64,000 bases of DNA from an uncultured Chloroflexia bacterium (GCA_963797095.1 CAWCNY010000003.1:736001-800000), one strand, 5' to 3'. Shown: positions 50,617-62,234, counted from the stretch's first letter. Made by a program: numbers and translations. Notes: generated from the letters alone by a model not told the origin.

Positions 50617-53600
50617 ATGCCCACAAACAACCACACCAAGCACAGAGCCGGGATCTTGGTGACTTTCATCGCCACGTTCGCGGCCCTGATCGTCCTGGGA
50701 GCGGTCATCGCGGCCGCGGACGCGGAGGGGCAAGCGTTTGCCTCGCTGCCCGCCGGCCAGGGGGATCCAGTTCACCCCCAGCAGCCCGCCCTGGCAGTGG
50801 TGTGCGTGGACAACGCACATGGCATGTATAATCCCGGCGCGCCATGCTCCAACACGACTATCACAACCACAATCGAGGCCGCCCTGGCCCTGGTGGACAG
50901 CGGCGGCGAAATTCGCGTGGCGGCCGGCAACTACGATGCAGCGGCCACCGCCACCCAGCCAGTCAGCATTGTGGGTGGGTATGCTGGGGGTGCGGGTGGC
51001 TTCGTTAGTTCCGATCCGACGACTAATGTCTCTCAACTGGGCCAAGTCACAGTGAACAGTATCATGCAGGCCTCTAACTTTACCCTTGTAGATTCGATCG
51101 CCGGTACAGGCACCCTCAACCTGGCAGGCGTTGTCACGTGGTCCAACGGACAGATGACCGGTTCCGGCAGCACCACCATACAGTCGGGAGCCGTGCTTAG
51201 CGCCACCTGGGGTAATAATCTCGTGGGCCTGTACGGGCGCAACCTCAACAACCAGGGCACCATAGTCTTCAGCACTACTCGCGCTCTCGACCTGGCTAAT
51301 GGCTCTGTGCTCACTAACAGCGGCACATTTAGCCTGCTTTCCGATATGCTCCTGAACAAAGACGGAGGGGCTACGCCTACCTTTAGCAACAATGGCGTGC
51401 TACGCAAGCCCACAGGCACACCCGACATCGCCATCACCAACAACACCAACGGCATAGACTTCCACAACACCGGTCAGATAGACATACAGTCGGGCAAACT
51501 GAGCGTGGCAGGTGGCAGCATCTACCTCGACACAGGTACAACCGTGACGGGTATGGGCTTCTTCAGCTTGCCCGACGGCACTGCCAACTTCAGCAGCGCC
51601 TCTCCTATCAGCATATCTCGTCTTGAGCTTGGTTTGAGCGGGCTTATCACAGGCACGGGCGACTTGCAGGTGACAAGCGTGTTCAGCTGGACCGGTGGCA
51701 CGATGATGGGTCCGGGCAGCATGACGATACAGTCGGGCGCTAATCTCAATGCTATTTTCAATGTGAACGGGGTAGGCACATATGGGCGCACAATCAACAA
51801 CCAGGGCACTACCGTTTACAGCACAGGCGGCAGAACGCTGGACATCGGCACAGGCACAGCTTTCAATAACAACGGCCAGTTTCAGGCCGTGAGCAATTTC
51901 CCCATAAGCAATAGCACGGGGGGCGGCAACTCCTTCTTCAACAATAACGGTTCGTTCGTGGCGCAGTCTTCCACAATCACCACGGTTGGCGCCAACGTGC
52001 AATTCACCAACAGCGGTACGGTAGATTTGCAGGTATGCACCCTCACCCTGAACGGCACATATGTCCAGGCCGCGGGTCTCACGCACCTGGATAACGCCAT
52101 CGTCGGTGGGGGGAGTACGATGACCCTGAACGGGGGCGTGCTGTCGGGCACAGGCACGATCGGCAATCCTGTTACCAATACCAACGTTAGCAACAACGGC
52201 GGCTATGTCAGCCCAGGGGATAGTCCGGGCACGCTGACCATTTACGGGGTATACACCCAGGGGGCGGGTGCGACGCTCAACATCGAGCTTGGCGGCACCA
52301 CGCCGGGCACCGGCTATGACCAACTTGCGGTGCATGGAGCGGTCACGCTGGCGGGCACCCTCAACGTGAGCGCTATCAATGGCTTTGTGCCCCTGAACGG
52401 CAACCAGTTCACGGTGTTGACATATAACTCGCGCACGGGCATGTTCACGCAAATAACGGGCGGGCAGTTCAGCGCAGCTTACAACGCCAACGACCTCACT
52501 TTGACTGTGACGGGACCTGTGGGGACGGCCACCAGCACCCCTGGCGCGACTAACACACGCACAAACACACCCACTCCTACCCGCACACCCACGACCGGGT
52601 CCACGCCCACTCACACCCCCACGAGAACGAACACGCCAACCAACGCCCCCACCAACACGCCCACCAGAACATCTACCAATGTACCCAGCGCAACAAGTAC
52701 AAATACATCCAGCGTAACACCAACCAATTTCCCGAGTGCAACTTATACAAATATCCCGACCAATACACCCACACGTACTGCTACACCTTGCCCAGAAGCC
52801 TGGAACGTGGTTACCAACCCTAATCCAGGTATTTCTAGTGCATTAAACAGCGTAGCAGTAGTGGGGCCAACCAATATATGGGCTGTTGGTAACTACTCTA
52901 ACGATGGTACTAATTACCAAACTCTGATAGAACACTGGGATGGCTCAGTATGGAGCGTAATTGCCAGCCCCAGCTTTGGTCTCTTTGATGGGCTTGAGAG
53001 TGTGGCGGCAGCGGCGGCGAACGATGTGTGGGCTGTGGGCTCCTACACAAACGATGGCACTAATTACCAAACTCTGATAGAACACTGGGATGGCTCAGCT
53101 TGGAGCGTAGTTGCCAGCCCTGGTCCCGGCACGTATTGCAATCTACGAGGAGTTGCAGTAGCAGGGGCAAACGACGTGTGGGCCGTTGGCTACTGCAGTA
53201 ATGGTAGCACTAATTACCAGACATTGATGGAGCACTGGGATGGCTCAGCTTGGAGTGTTGTTGCCAGCCCCAATCTGGGTACTTCAGATATTCTGGACAG
53301 TGTAGCAGTAGCAGCGCCGAACGACGTGTGGGCCGTTGGCTACTACGGTAACGGCGGCTCCGACCTGACGTTGGTAGAACACTGGGATGGCTCAGCATGG
53401 AGTGTTGTTGCCAGCCCCAATCCCGCTGCATCAAATTTGCTGAACGATGTGGCGGTGGCCGCGCCGAACGACGTGTGGGCCGTTGGCAATTCTAGTGGCG
53501 GAACATTGATAGAACACTGGAACGGTTCGGCGTGGGTCGTCAGCGATACCGGTGGTGGTGGCCTAGGAGGGGTAGCGGTAGCAGCGCCGAACGATGTGTG

Positions 53601-56337
53601 GGCCGCTGGCTCTAATGGCGGGACATTGATAGAACATTGGAACGGTTCGGCATGGAGTGTTGTTGCCAGCCCCAATCCCGGTCCTACTAGTAGCCTACGA
53701 GGGGTGGCGGTAGCAGCGCCGAACGACGTGTGGGCCGTCGGTCTTTCAATAAACGGTGCCAACTCAAGCACATTGGTTGAGAGGTATAGCAGCACTTGCG
53801 GCATGACCGGCTCACCGACTTCAACGTCTACCATAATTCCAAGCGCCAGCATCACTCGTACAGCCACTGGCACCCCTACTCAAACACCACATCTCAGCCC
53901 GACCAGCACCCGAACTAATACGCGCACCAGCACACCAACATATACCCCTACACCTTGCCCGTTATCATACTGGACGCTCGACACATCCCTACCAGGTGCG
54001 CGAATGGGCGCGGCAGTAGCCACTCTTGGGAGTTTCCTGTATGAAGCTGGTGGCTACGCACCAAGTGGCAGTGCAGCTCCACAGGGCGACATAAAAGGCG
54101 ACTCACCAGAGGTAACCCAAGGTGCCACAGCAAGCCTGGATAATCCTCTCATGAACGTGACTCTCACTAACGCGGCAGGCCGCTTCAACGGGACCGGATG
54201 GTCATCGATAGCCAATCTACCTATTGCCGTAGAAGATGGCACAGGAGTAAGTAACGGTTCGCGCTTTTACGTCATGGGCGGGTATGCTGCTAGCAGCGTT
54301 GAAACCGCCGTGCAGATATTCGATCCAGGTAACAATTCATGGTCGCAGGGTGCGAGGATGCCTTCGGCGGCAGCGGGGGCAGCGGGAGTCTACTATAACG
54401 GTCGAATCTACTTGTTTGGAGGGTGTGCTAATCTACCGTGCACCGTTGCCCTCAACACCGTCCAGATATACAACATTGCCTCTAACTCATGGTCGATGGG
54501 CGCTGCAATACCGCAGAATTTGGACTTCGCATCGGCCCAGGTGATAGGCTCGTACATCTATCTGGCCGGAGGGGTAGGCCCATACCCAGCACCCGCCTCA
54601 GCCAAGGCGTACCGCTATGACCCTGCCACCAACTCCTGGAACGATCCAATCATGGCCGACCTGCCTCAGACCTGGTGGGGAGCCGCCTCGGCGGTGTATA
54701 GCGGTAAGTTCTACATGTACGGAGGGATATTGAATGGATATGACACGCTAACAAACCACACTGTCATCTATGATCCGGTATCGAATAGATGGAGTTACGG
54801 GCCGGATATGCACGTAGCCTCCTATCGCCAGCAGGGCGATACCTATCAGGGCACACCGCACATAGTGGGTGGGTCAATGGGCGTATTCATTCCAAGCAGT
54901 CACGTGGAGAAGCTTACAGCACCATACTGCGCAACGCCTTTACCCACCGCCACGATCCCGCCCGGCTCGACCAGCACCCGCACACCTACCCATACAACAA
55001 CCAGTACAGTAACCATCACCCGCACCCCAACCCGCACAATTACCCCCGGCGGTCCGACCAACACGCGTGGCCCCAGTCCTACTCCTACTCAAGACGATTA
55101 TCAGATCATCAGGGGCACGGCAACCATCGTACCCGGCACAGTAGATCTGGGTAGCCACTGCAATGATTGTTACACGACTATCTGGCTTCCGTTTACAGTA
55201 CAGTTGTATGGCCGCTCATTCTCATGGGTCTCCTCTGCATCCTCTAATGGCTTAGTCATCTTCGTGTCGGGTTCCGGTGATCCCAGGAACGTTTGTCTAC
55301 CGGTGAACTTTACCTACGACACCATCTTTGCGTTCTGGGATGACCTGACAACGGCATGCACAGGCTGCGGCATATACGAGTCGATATCCGGCGTGGCGCC
55401 CAACCGTATTCTCAATCTGGAGTGGCGAGCCCAGCTCGTTGGGGGTACCAGGCCCGTAAACTTCGAGGTCCGCCTGCATGAGAACAGTAGCCGGTTCGAC
55501 CTCATATATGGCGAGATAGACGGCAACGGCAGCAGTGCCACTATTGGCGTAGAGCACGACAATGCTGTGTACACACAATATTTGTGCAATCCATCCACGC
55601 CCGGCGATAGCGCGCACAATCCTGATGACTTGATACAGACAGGTGACATGCTCACTTTCCAGCAGCCTGATACCGGAGAGCCGTCACCCACCCCCACCGC
55701 CTGCGCGATCCAATTCTCCGACGTGCCAGATGGGTCCACTTTTTACTCATACATACGCTGCCTGGCCTGCCGTGCCATCCTGAGCGGCTACTCCGACGGC
55801 ACCTTCCGACCCAACAACCCCATCACGCGCGGTCAGCTCGCCAAAATAGCCTCCAATGCGGTTGGCCTGAACGAAGCGCACACCGAGCAGTCGTTCCAGG
55901 ATGTGGAGGTGGGCAGCACCTTTTACGACTTCATAGCCAGGCTATCGGTGCGTGGCTACATAAGCGGCTACGCGTGCGGCAGCCCTGGCGAACCATGCGG
56001 ACCCAATAACCTGCCTTACTTCCGGCCCAACAACAACGTCACGCGAGGGCAAGCGTCCAAGATCGTGGCAAACGCGGCGCTTCTTAGCCCCATCCTCCCG
56101 CCCGGCCCCCCGTCCAGCCTGCAAACGTTCCAGGATGTGCCGGAAGGGAGCACTTTCTGGGAGTGGATCGAAGAGATGGCAGGCAACGGCATAATCAACG
56201 GCTATCCCTGCGGAGGGCCAGGCGAGCCGTGCGGCCCCGACAACCTGCCTTACTTCCGGCCCAACAACAACGTGACAAGAGGCCAGGCAGCCAAGATCAT
56301 CGCCAACACCTTCTTCCCCGACTGCGAGACACCCTAG
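50617..56337 (+). CDS. 1906-aa SLH surface protein: beta-helix-like passenger region, WAVG/EHWDG repeats, Kelch repeats
   Basis: AGGAGG RBS, signal peptide, [12 protein letters not shown] block, ~7 VWAVG...[12 protein letters not shown] repeats, Kelch IYLFGG/YDP..N.W, PT linkers, three SLH repeats. Confidence 0.9.
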   Translation: MPTNNHTKHRAGILVTFIATFAALIVLGAVIAAADAEGQAFASLPAGQGDPVHPQQPALAVVCVDNAHGMYNPGAPCSNTTITTTIEAALALVDSGGEIRVAAGNYDAAATATQPVSIVGGYAGGAGGFVSSDPTTNVSQLGQVTVNSIMQASNFTLVDSIAGTGTLNLAGVVTWSNGQMTGSGSTTIQSGAVLSATWGNNLVGLYGRNLNNQGTIVFSTTRALDLANGSVLTNSGTFSLLSDMLLNKDGGATPTFSNNGVLRKPTGTPDIAITNNTNGIDFHNTGQIDIQSGKLSVAGGSIYLDTGTTVTGMGFFSLPDGTANFSSASPISISRLELGLSGLITGTGDLQVTSVFSWTGGTMMGPGSMTIQSGANLNAIFNVNGVGTYGRTINNQGTTVYSTGGRTLDIGTGTAFNNNGQFQAVSNFPISNSTGGGNSFFNNNGSFVAQSSTITTVGANVQFTNSGTVDLQVCTLTLNGTYVQAAGLTHLDNAIVGGGSTMTLNGGVLSGTGTIGNPVTNTNVSNNGGYVSPGDSPGTLTIYGVYTQGAGATLNIELGGTTPGTGYDQLAVHGAVTLAGTLNVSAINGFVPLNGNQFTVLTYNSRTGMFTQITGGQFSAAYNANDLTLTVTGPVGTATSTPGATNTRTNTPTPTRTPTTGSTPTHTPTRTNTPTNAPTNTPTRTSTNVPSATSTNTSSVTPTNFPSATYTNIPTNTPTRTATPCPEAWNVVTNPNPGISSALNSVAVVGPTNIWAVGNYSNDGTNYQTLIEHWDGSVWSVIASPSFGLFDGLESVAAAAANDVWAVGSYTNDGTNYQTLIEHWDGSAWSVVASPGPGTYCNLRGVAVAGANDVWAVGYCSNGSTNYQTLMEHWDGSAWSVVASPNLGTSDILDSVAVAAPNDVWAVGYYGNGGSDLTLVEHWDGSAWSVVASPNPAASNLLNDVAVAAPNDVWAVGNSSGGTLIEHWNGSAWVVSDTGGGGLGGVAVAAPNDVWAAGSNGGTLIEHWNGSAWSVVASPNPGPTSSLRGVAVAAPNDVWAVGLSINGANSSTLVERYSSTCGMTGSPTSTSTIIPSASITRTATGTPTQTPHLSPTSTRTNTRTSTPTYTPTPCPLSYWTLDTSLPGARMGAAVATLGSFLYEAGGYAPSGSAAPQGDIKGDSPEVTQGATASLDNPLMNVTLTNAAGRFNGTGWSSIANLPIAVEDGTGVSNGSRFYVMGGYAASSVETAVQIFDPGNNSWSQGARMPSAAAGAAGVYYNGRIYLFGGCANLPCTVALNTVQIYNIASNSWSMGAAIPQNLDFASAQVIGSYIYLAGGVGPYPAPASAKAYRYDPATNSWNDPIMADLPQTWWGAASAVYSGKFYMYGGILNGYDTLTNHTVIYDPVSNRWSYGPDMHVASYRQQGDTYQGTPHIVGGSMGVFIPSSHVEKLTAPYCATPLPTATIPPGSTSTRTPTHTTTSTVTITRTPTRTITPGGPTNTRGPSPTPTQDDYQIIRGTATIVPGTVDLGSHCNDCYTTIWLPFTVQLYGRSFSWVSSASSNGLVIFVSGSGDPRNVCLPVNFTYDTIFAFWDDLTTACTGCGIYESISGVAPNRILNLEWRAQLVGGTRPVNFEVRLHENSSRFDLIYGEIDGNGSSATIGVEHDNAVYTQYLCNPSTPGDSAHNPDDLIQTGDMLTFQQPDTGEPSPTPTACAIQFSDVPDGSTFYSYIRCLACRAILSGYSDGTFRPNNPITRGQLAKIASNAVGLNEAHTEQSFQDVEVGSTFYDFIARLSVRGYISGYACGSPGEPCGPNNLPYFRPNNNVTRGQASKIVANAALLSPILPPGPPSSLQTFQDVPEGSTFWEWIEEMAGNGIINGYPCGGPGEPCGPDNLPYFRPNNNVTRGQAAKIIANTFFPDCETP

Positions 56338-56444
56338 ATGGACGTGTTGCAACAACATTTGAGTTATAAAGCACACAGCACCAATCGCAGCCAGGCTCGT
56401 CCTCGTCGATGATGCGGCTCAAGTCGCAGTAGAAAGCTCGCGTA

Positions 56445-56813
56445 GTGACGGGGCAGGTTCGAGCTATATCCAGCGCCGGGGCCTGGCAGCACGTGCCTAC
56501 CACCCTGGGACCCGGTACTCCGGTCGGAGATATCGCGTTGCTGGCGGGTGGGCCGTCAACTTCTACCTTCGAAGTTGCTATCAATGCCGATCTATTGGCC
56601 CGCTCCAGCGAAGATTTCGAATATGCCTTGCACCGGCACCCCGCAATAGCTAACAATCTCTCCCGGATCATGGCGCGACGCTCGCGCGATTTGGACTCCC
56701 GGAGGATTGATGCGTTCGTCAAGCGAGGTGAGGAAGCAGCCCGCACCGCCATACCCAGGATCACGGAACTACTCAAACCGGGCACGCAGGAGACTACTGG
56801 CGAGACCCAATAA
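56445..56813 (+). pseudogene. Cyclic-nucleotide-binding (Crp-like) domain fragment
   Basis: LGPGTPVGDIALLAGGPST...FEYALHRHPAIA; 5' end unclear. Confidence 0.5.
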
Positions 56814-56974
56814 GGATTGAATATGCTATGATAAAGAACCAAGGTTAGCATAACCATAAAGCGGCCTGCCCACGAAGTATTCGCCTATGTAACTCGCGTG
56901 GTAGGTCCTCTCCTGGTGGGTCGCCTCAGGCAACAGGCCGAAACAAACCTTGCCAATCTCAAGCCCGAATTGGG

Positions 56975-57003
56975 GCAGCGCGTAGCGCTCCCTGCGGAGC
57001 AGC
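56975..57003 (+). repeat. 24-bp mini repeat, single copy upstream of fabF
   Basis: GCAGC-GCGTAGCGCTCCCTGCGGA-GCAGC. Confidence 0.85.
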
Positions 57004-57043
57004 AGCCATAACCCTGGCGTTGTCTCCGGCGTTAAACGTGTGA

Positions 57044-58330
57044 ATGACTGAGCGGGAGTTAGATGAAACTATGATATCTTCACAGAAACAGACAAGACGC
57101 GTGGTAGTAACCGGTATGGGGGCCGTATCACCGCTGGGCAATGACGTAGAAAGCACCTGGAAGGCTGCGGTCCAGGGTCGTTCGGGCATTTTCAACATTA
57201 CCCGCTTCGACGCAACTCCATATGAGACACGCTTCGCCGGTGAAGTCAAAGGCTTCAGGGCCGAGGAATACGTGCCTCCAAAGAACATCAGGCGAATGGA
57301 TCGCTTCATTCATTACGCGATGGCGGTGTGCAAGCAGGCAGCGGGCCAGGCGCAACTCGTTATCAATGAAGATAATGCGGACGACATTGGCGTGATTATC
57401 GGCTCGGCCATAGGTGGCATCGAGACCTTGACGGAGGCGGTGCGCACGCTCGATAGGGAAGGCCCCTATAAGTTGAGCCCGTTCGCCGTACTGATGATGC
57501 TGACAGACCTGGCAGCCGGGCAAGTATCTATCGAAATGGGCATGCGAGGGCCTAATCTTGCTATTGTCTCGGCTTGCGCCTCCTCTGCGCATGCCATCGG
57601 CGAATCGGTTGAGATAATCCGCCGGGGGCAGGCGCAAGTCATGTTCGCGGGCGGTGCTGAGGCCACAGTTTGCCCCGTGGGATTATCGGTGTTCGGGGTC
57701 ATGCGTGCCCTCTCTACCCACAACGATGAACCTCAAAGGGCCTCGCGCCCTTTTGATAAGCTGAGGGACGGCTTCGTGCTATCAGAAGGGGCTGCGGTGC
57801 TGATCCTGGAAGACCTCGAGTTTGCCCAGGCCAGGGGCGCATCCATTCTGGCAGAGATTGTAGGTTACGGATCTACCGCTGACGCCTCCCATGTTACAGC
57901 CCCTCTGGAGGGCGGAGTAGGTATGGCGCGAGCGATAGTTCGGGCTCTCAACAGCGCCGGACTCGAGCCGAAAGACATAGATTACATCAATGCACATGGC
58001 ACCAGCACGCCTCTCAATGATAAGAACGAGACGGCGGCCATAAAAACGGTCTTCGGTGAGGATGCCTACAGGATACCCGTTTCTTCAACGAAGAGCATGA
58101 CCGGACACATGGTAGGCGCGACGGGCGCTATTGAGATGATCTTTTGCATCAAAGCTATTCAGGAAGGTATAGTTCCGCCGACCATCAACCGGCAGGTGCC
58201 CGATCCTGAGTGTGATCTCGATATTGTGCCTGATGAGGCACGCCGAATCAAAGTAAGACGAGCGCTCTCGAACAGCATGGGATTCGGTGGGCATAATGCC
58301 GCCCTTATCGTGAAAAGTTTCGAAGACTAA
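57044..58330 (+). CDS. fabF: 3-oxoacyl-ACP synthase II
   Basis: RRVVVTGMG, SACASS, SRPFD..RDGFV, NAHGTST, KSMTGH, SNSMGFGGHN. Confidence 0.95.
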   Translation: MTERELDETMISSQKQTRRVVVTGMGAVSPLGNDVESTWKAAVQGRSGIFNITRFDATPYETRFAGEVKGFRAEEYVPPKNIRRMDRFIHYAMAVCKQAAGQAQLVINEDNADDIGVIIGSAIGGIETLTEAVRTLDREGPYKLSPFAVLMMLTDLAAGQVSIEMGMRGPNLAIVSACASSAHAIGESVEIIRRGQAQVMFAGGAEATVCPVGLSVFGVMRALSTHNDEPQRASRPFDKLRDGFVLSEGAAVLILEDLEFAQARGASILAEIVGYGSTADASHVTAPLEGGVGMARAIVRALNSAGLEPKDIDYINAHGTSTPLNDKNETAAIKTVFGEDAYRIPVSSTKSMTGHMVGATGAIEMIFCIKAIQEGIVPPTINRQVPDPECDLDIVPDEARRIKVRRALSNSMGFGGHNAALIVKSFED

Positions 58331-58570
58331 CCTCACTTCCAACTTTGGTACTCAATCAATTTCGGCAGGCTCAGCGTCTATGATCCCGCCCCATAGATAG
58401 CAGGCCTTTGGGTCGGTCGCTTTAGTAGTTGCAACACAGCCTCTATGGTATACTAGGGCATATTCGGAGATATTCGGACAGACTTGTACCTATTGATTAG
58501 GTACTTTGTCAGGTATATTACTTTAGATTATTAGTGCAGCCCTGCCGCTCTGGCTGCGAAAGGCGTCGGA

Positions 58571-61252
58571 TTGGGTACTGAACAGGGCTCTGATACTGAT
58601 GTCCAAAGGATCTCTCCTCATACCCATGATCCTGCTTCCCCGATGTTGGGCCCTCAGGGCGCGCTCCCTGCAACACCCAACCCATCGATCTACTCTCCGA
58701 CCCTTCTTAGCAACTCTATCCTGAATGGGCGTGGGAATGGCCCGGTGCGCATATCGCTGATCCAGCAAATGCAGCAATCGCACGGCAACCGCGCCGTACA
58801 GAAATTCCTCCAGAGATCCTCCACAGCAAACTCATATCCCAAGCACGACAGTAGGATAGCTCCGATAACTCCGATAACTCCGGCCCCGTTCACAAACCTC
58901 GCCGAATACGAAGCGGAAAACCTCAACTTATCTGCTCCTGAGCCCACATCCCTTCCTGAGCTCCACCAACCTCAAATTCATGGAAACCAGGAGATAGAGA
59001 CGGACAGGTACGGGCGGCTGGAGCAGCGCATAGCGCTCCCTGCGGAGCAGCGCGTAGATGGCCTGGTTCTTGTACAGCGCTGCGGTGCGGAGGTGCATGA
59101 AGGCTGTGCCTGCGCGGCGCATAAGGGAGCGTCCGCAAGTCCTGCTGACAAAGACAATAGCCAGTTACCTGTGCAAACGCGGCGCGGCTCAGATCATTTG
59201 CAGCGGGTGCCCGCCTCCACTTCAGGGACGCGCGCCTCTGGCGCAACAGGAATGCCTGTGCAGAGAGATGGTAAGACAGGCGCCCAACCTGCACCCACTG
59301 GAGGCATCCAGGCCCCATCCGGACCCCCACCATCCGCGGGCACCATAATTAAACTGCCGGGGGCAACACTCTTCAACGTCTCCAAGGCTATCGATGTGGG
59401 GAAAGGTACCGAGGGTTCGGTGCCCCTTTACGAGGGGCTTGTCGAAGTGCCCTACATCGGACCTGTGAAATTGGACGTGAAGGGCACAGGCAAACTGTCA
59501 CCCTCGCTCACGCTAAGTGCATCGGGCAGTCTGCATGATGCGCAAGTGCAAACCCCTTCTACTTTGGCGCAGACAGGTGCTAAGATGGAGGCGAGTTACG
59601 CGAAGGAGGGCACTACCGTAGGAGGCGCTGTTGGAGGCTTTGTACGCAATGTCACCGGCAGCGAAACGGCAGGCGGCCTTGCAGGGGGCGCTGTCGGGGC
59701 AATGGTAGGATCGGTTGGAGGAGGTGCCTATGGGGCATACAAAGGCGGCGAAGCCGGAATACGAGCCGGCGCCGGCCTGCCAACCGCGCCTGTCTCTTCC
59801 AGCGCGCCGATGCTCGGCTCAGCTAAACTCACCGCCGAAGGACAGGCCAAAGGTCGCCTGGACGGGGAGGTGGCTATTGAAGCCAGCGCTAACCCAACTC
59901 TGCTACCGGGCAAGGGCAAAATCAAGGTGGGGTTGAAGGGCGGCCTCGGCCTGGGAGCCACCGGGCAGGCCACAGTAGGCGCTCAAGTTGGTTACGACCC
60001 GGAATTCAAGGGTAAGGGCCGGGACAAAGAAGTACCGATCAAATTCCAGGATGGTAAGTTGACGCTGGAAAAGGCCAGCCTCGATTTGAAAGCCTCGATC
60101 AACCTCGACCTGAGGGCTATAGGCTTTGCTGAAGCCAGGCTTCTCCTGGGTATCGGCAGGTTCCATGACGATCGGGCAAAGGCCGGGACTGCCCAGGGAG
60201 CCGCCCCTGCGAGCGCACCGGGGAGCGCTTCTGCGGGTCCCTCTCCGAGCCCTTCAGCGGGTGGGGCTGGGAAGGGCGGCGCAGTCTGCAAGAAAGTTGA
60301 CGACAAAGAGGCGCTCCCCGACAAGGCCTGGGACGACATGACCAGTATCGAAAAGGTCTGGCGCAAAGAGTGGGACCTGCTTAATAAGGAGTGGAAGCTA
60401 TGGGAACTGGCTTTCTCCGTCTCCACTTCCAAACCCGGCGATAATATGGAGGCTCAGGTTGAGCAGAAGAACATAAAGGTAATAGATGCCAACGAATGGC
60501 TCAACACCATAAAGAAGGTGGGCACAGCGGTTGCAAATGCTCCCAAGGCGTTGGGGGCTGCAAAGAACGCCTTGGGCCTCAATACGCCTGCGAATGACAA
60601 CGACTGCATACCTGATGAGTCGCCCGGCGCTGTAGAGGAGGATGTTAAAAAGGCGAAGGCTGCTTTGGGAGATAGGCTATTCTGGCGCGAAGAACTTCAA
60701 AACGTCCTGGGCCTGGGCAAAACTGCGGCCTTATCGCGTATCACGAAGTGGAAAGCACAAGCCATACTCCACCAACTTGCGTCAACAACCTTCGACAGCG
60801 AAACTCAGTACTCTTTCGATTCAACCAAGGCCGGCCAGCGCGAGGTTTCGCCAGGCAACCGCGCTAAATACGGGTTTACAAACCCGGCGAAGACCTCGAC
60901 CGTAGGGTTGCAAATCCTGACCAAGGGGCTTAGATCCGATTCACCCCCACCCATTCAAAGTGGTAGCGCGGAGTACCACCAGACAAAAGCCAGATACGAT
61001 AGCAAGCGAGGTCCCGCTCATAAGAACTTCGGCTTTGATGTTGCAGTTCTCGGCCATGGTCCCGAAGGCGCTTCCACATATTGGAATAGGATTGGACACA
61101 CGCAGGCTAAGGCTGATAACAAAGCCTGGAACAATGATGCCGCCAACTATCATGGCCCCGAGCATGAGGCCGAGTCCGCTGCATCAGGAGGCAGCTCCGA
61201 GCGCTATCGCGTGCCGTCCCAACTCATTGGAAGCCACTCTGACTGGTTGTAA
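58571..61252 (+). CDS. Putative polymorphic toxin: GNRAVQ/VQR leader, glycine zipper, C-terminal HNH/EndoVII (GH-E-like) nuclease
   Basis: MQQSHGNRAVQKFLQR, VQRCG...CAC, LQR/VQR motifs; GGLAGGAVGA; LGH...YWN..GH...WNNDAANY..EH; followed by SMI1/KNR4 gene; start uncertain. Confidence 0.7.
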   Translation: MGTEQGSDTDVQRISPHTHDPASPMLGPQGALPATPNPSIYSPTLLSNSILNGRGNGPVRISLIQQMQQSHGNRAVQKFLQRSSTANSYPKHDSRIAPITPITPAPFTNLAEYEAENLNLSAPEPTSLPELHQPQIHGNQEIETDRYGRLEQRIALPAEQRVDGLVLVQRCGAEVHEGCACAAHKGASASPADKDNSQLPVQTRRGSDHLQRVPASTSGTRASGATGMPVQRDGKTGAQPAPTGGIQAPSGPPPSAGTIIKLPGATLFNVSKAIDVGKGTEGSVPLYEGLVEVPYIGPVKLDVKGTGKLSPSLTLSASGSLHDAQVQTPSTLAQTGAKMEASYAKEGTTVGGAVGGFVRNVTGSETAGGLAGGAVGAMVGSVGGGAYGAYKGGEAGIRAGAGLPTAPVSSSAPMLGSAKLTAEGQAKGRLDGEVAIEASANPTLLPGKGKIKVGLKGGLGLGATGQATVGAQVGYDPEFKGKGRDKEVPIKFQDGKLTLEKASLDLKASINLDLRAIGFAEARLLLGIGRFHDDRAKAGTAQGAAPASAPGSASAGPSPSPSAGGAGKGGAVCKKVDDKEALPDKAWDDMTSIEKVWRKEWDLLNKEWKLWELAFSVSTSKPGDNMEAQVEQKNIKVIDANEWLNTIKKVGTAVANAPKALGAAKNALGLNTPANDNDCIPDESPGAVEEDVKKAKAALGDRLFWREELQNVLGLGKTAALSRITKWKAQAILHQLASTTFDSETQYSFDSTKAGQREVSPGNRAKYGFTNPAKTSTVGLQILTKGLRSDSPPPIQSGSAEYHQTKARYDSKRGPAHKNFGFDVAVLGHGPEGASTYWNRIGHTQAKADNKAWNNDAANYHGPEHEAESAASGGSSERYRVPSQLIGSHSDWL
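59021..59057 (+). repeat. 24-bp mini repeat (~1.5 copies) inside the toxin ORF
   Basis: GAGCAGCGCATAGCGCTCCCTGCG-GAGCAGCGCGTAG, read as EQRIALPAEQRV. Confidence 0.8.
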
Positions 61253-61303
61253 CTTAGTTGCTACATATTGCGAATTATAGAGTGCTCCAGGATAACGTTG
61301 CTT

Positions 61304-61406
61304 GAGCAGCGCGTAGCGCTCCCTGCGGAGCAGCGCGTAGCGCTCCCTGCGGAGCAGCGCGTAGCGCTCCCTGCGGAGCAGCGCGTAGCGCTCCCTGCGG
61401 AGCAGC
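61304..61406 (+). repeat. Tandem array of the 24-bp unit GAGCAGCGCGTAGCGCTCCCTGCG x4
   Basis: Four exact copies plus GAGCAGC, no spacers. Confidence 0.95.
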
Positions 61407-61640
61407 TTACTGCCTATGGCGCTCGGAATTGGCGGACCCTGCTGGAGAGTGTAGTCCGGCAGACGTCCATTATAGCACATATGTGCTGTTATGCTGTCAG
61501 GACTAGAGATAGTACACACTGTGCAAACGCGAATATGAGCAACCACACACTTGACCCACCTTATTCGCGCCTGACCACAGCCCATGAATGGGCATGGCTT
61601 TAGCCATTCTATTGTAAGTTCAACCGGGAGGGAAATGCAG

Positions 61641-62234
61641 ATGTCGAATAAGGGTGTAGCAGCGCGTAGCGCTCCCGGCGGAGCAGCCAGAATGCGCGAA
61701 GTCTGGGACGATATTGAAGCATGGTACAAGGAGAACGCGCCTCGCCTCTACAATGACTTAGACGAGGGTGCTTCCGAAGAAGAAATAGAAGATGCAGAAA
61801 GGCAACTCGGCCTGACCTTGCCCGAAGATTACAAAGCGTCATTGAAGATACATAATGGCGATGTATACCTGCACGACTATAACTATCTAAGCCTGAAGGG
61901 CGCCCTTCGCAAGTGGTCGCTCATGGTGCGCCTCGGCAAAGAAGGCACGTTTGAGGGCAGAGAGGTTGTGGGTGCAAGCGATGGCAAGATACAGGACAGA
62001 TGGTGGCACGAAGGTTGGATACCCTTCGCGGAAGATGGTGGGGGTAACATGCTCTACATAGACATGGCCCCGGGCGAAAAGGGCAACAAAGGCCAAATAC
62101 TACAGATGGAGCTTGATTCAGGACCATTCAGCACTGAATACAAGTCCTTCCTCGAGTACATGGAGCATTACAGGGACGCGCTACAACGTGGCGTTTACGA
62201 GGTCAATTCAGACGGCATGCTTTCCGAAGCGTGA
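61641..62234 (+). CDS. SMI1/KNR4 (SUKH) immunity protein
   Basis: GGAGG RBS; GASEEEIEDAERQLGLTLPEDYKASLKIHNG...WIPFAEDGGGN...IDMAPG...GQI; one 24-bp repeat in frame at 61659-61687. Confidence 0.9.
   Translation: MSNKGVAARSAPGGAARMREVWDDIEAWYKENAPRLYNDLDEGASEEEIEDAERQLGLTLPEDYKASLKIHNGDVYLHDYNYLSLKGALRKWSLMVRLGKEGTFEGREVVGASDGKIQDRWWHEGWIPFAEDGGGNMLYIDMAPGEKGNKGQILQMELDSGPFSTEYKSFLEYMEHYRDALQRGVYEVNSDGMLSEA

Noticed and set aside
56860-56960. Riboswitch or ncRNA in the fabF leader
   Set aside because: Stem-loops are possible, but I recognise no family consensus; it would need an Rfam scan.
61304-61406. Possible CRISPR array
   Set aside because: Units are directly tandem with no spacers, and there are no cas genes in the window.
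61184-61729. ORFs 61268..61603 (+) and 61184..61729 (-) with EQRVALPA / RRERYALL repeats
   Set aside because: They are readings of the 24-bp DNA repeat, with no RBS or protein-like content.
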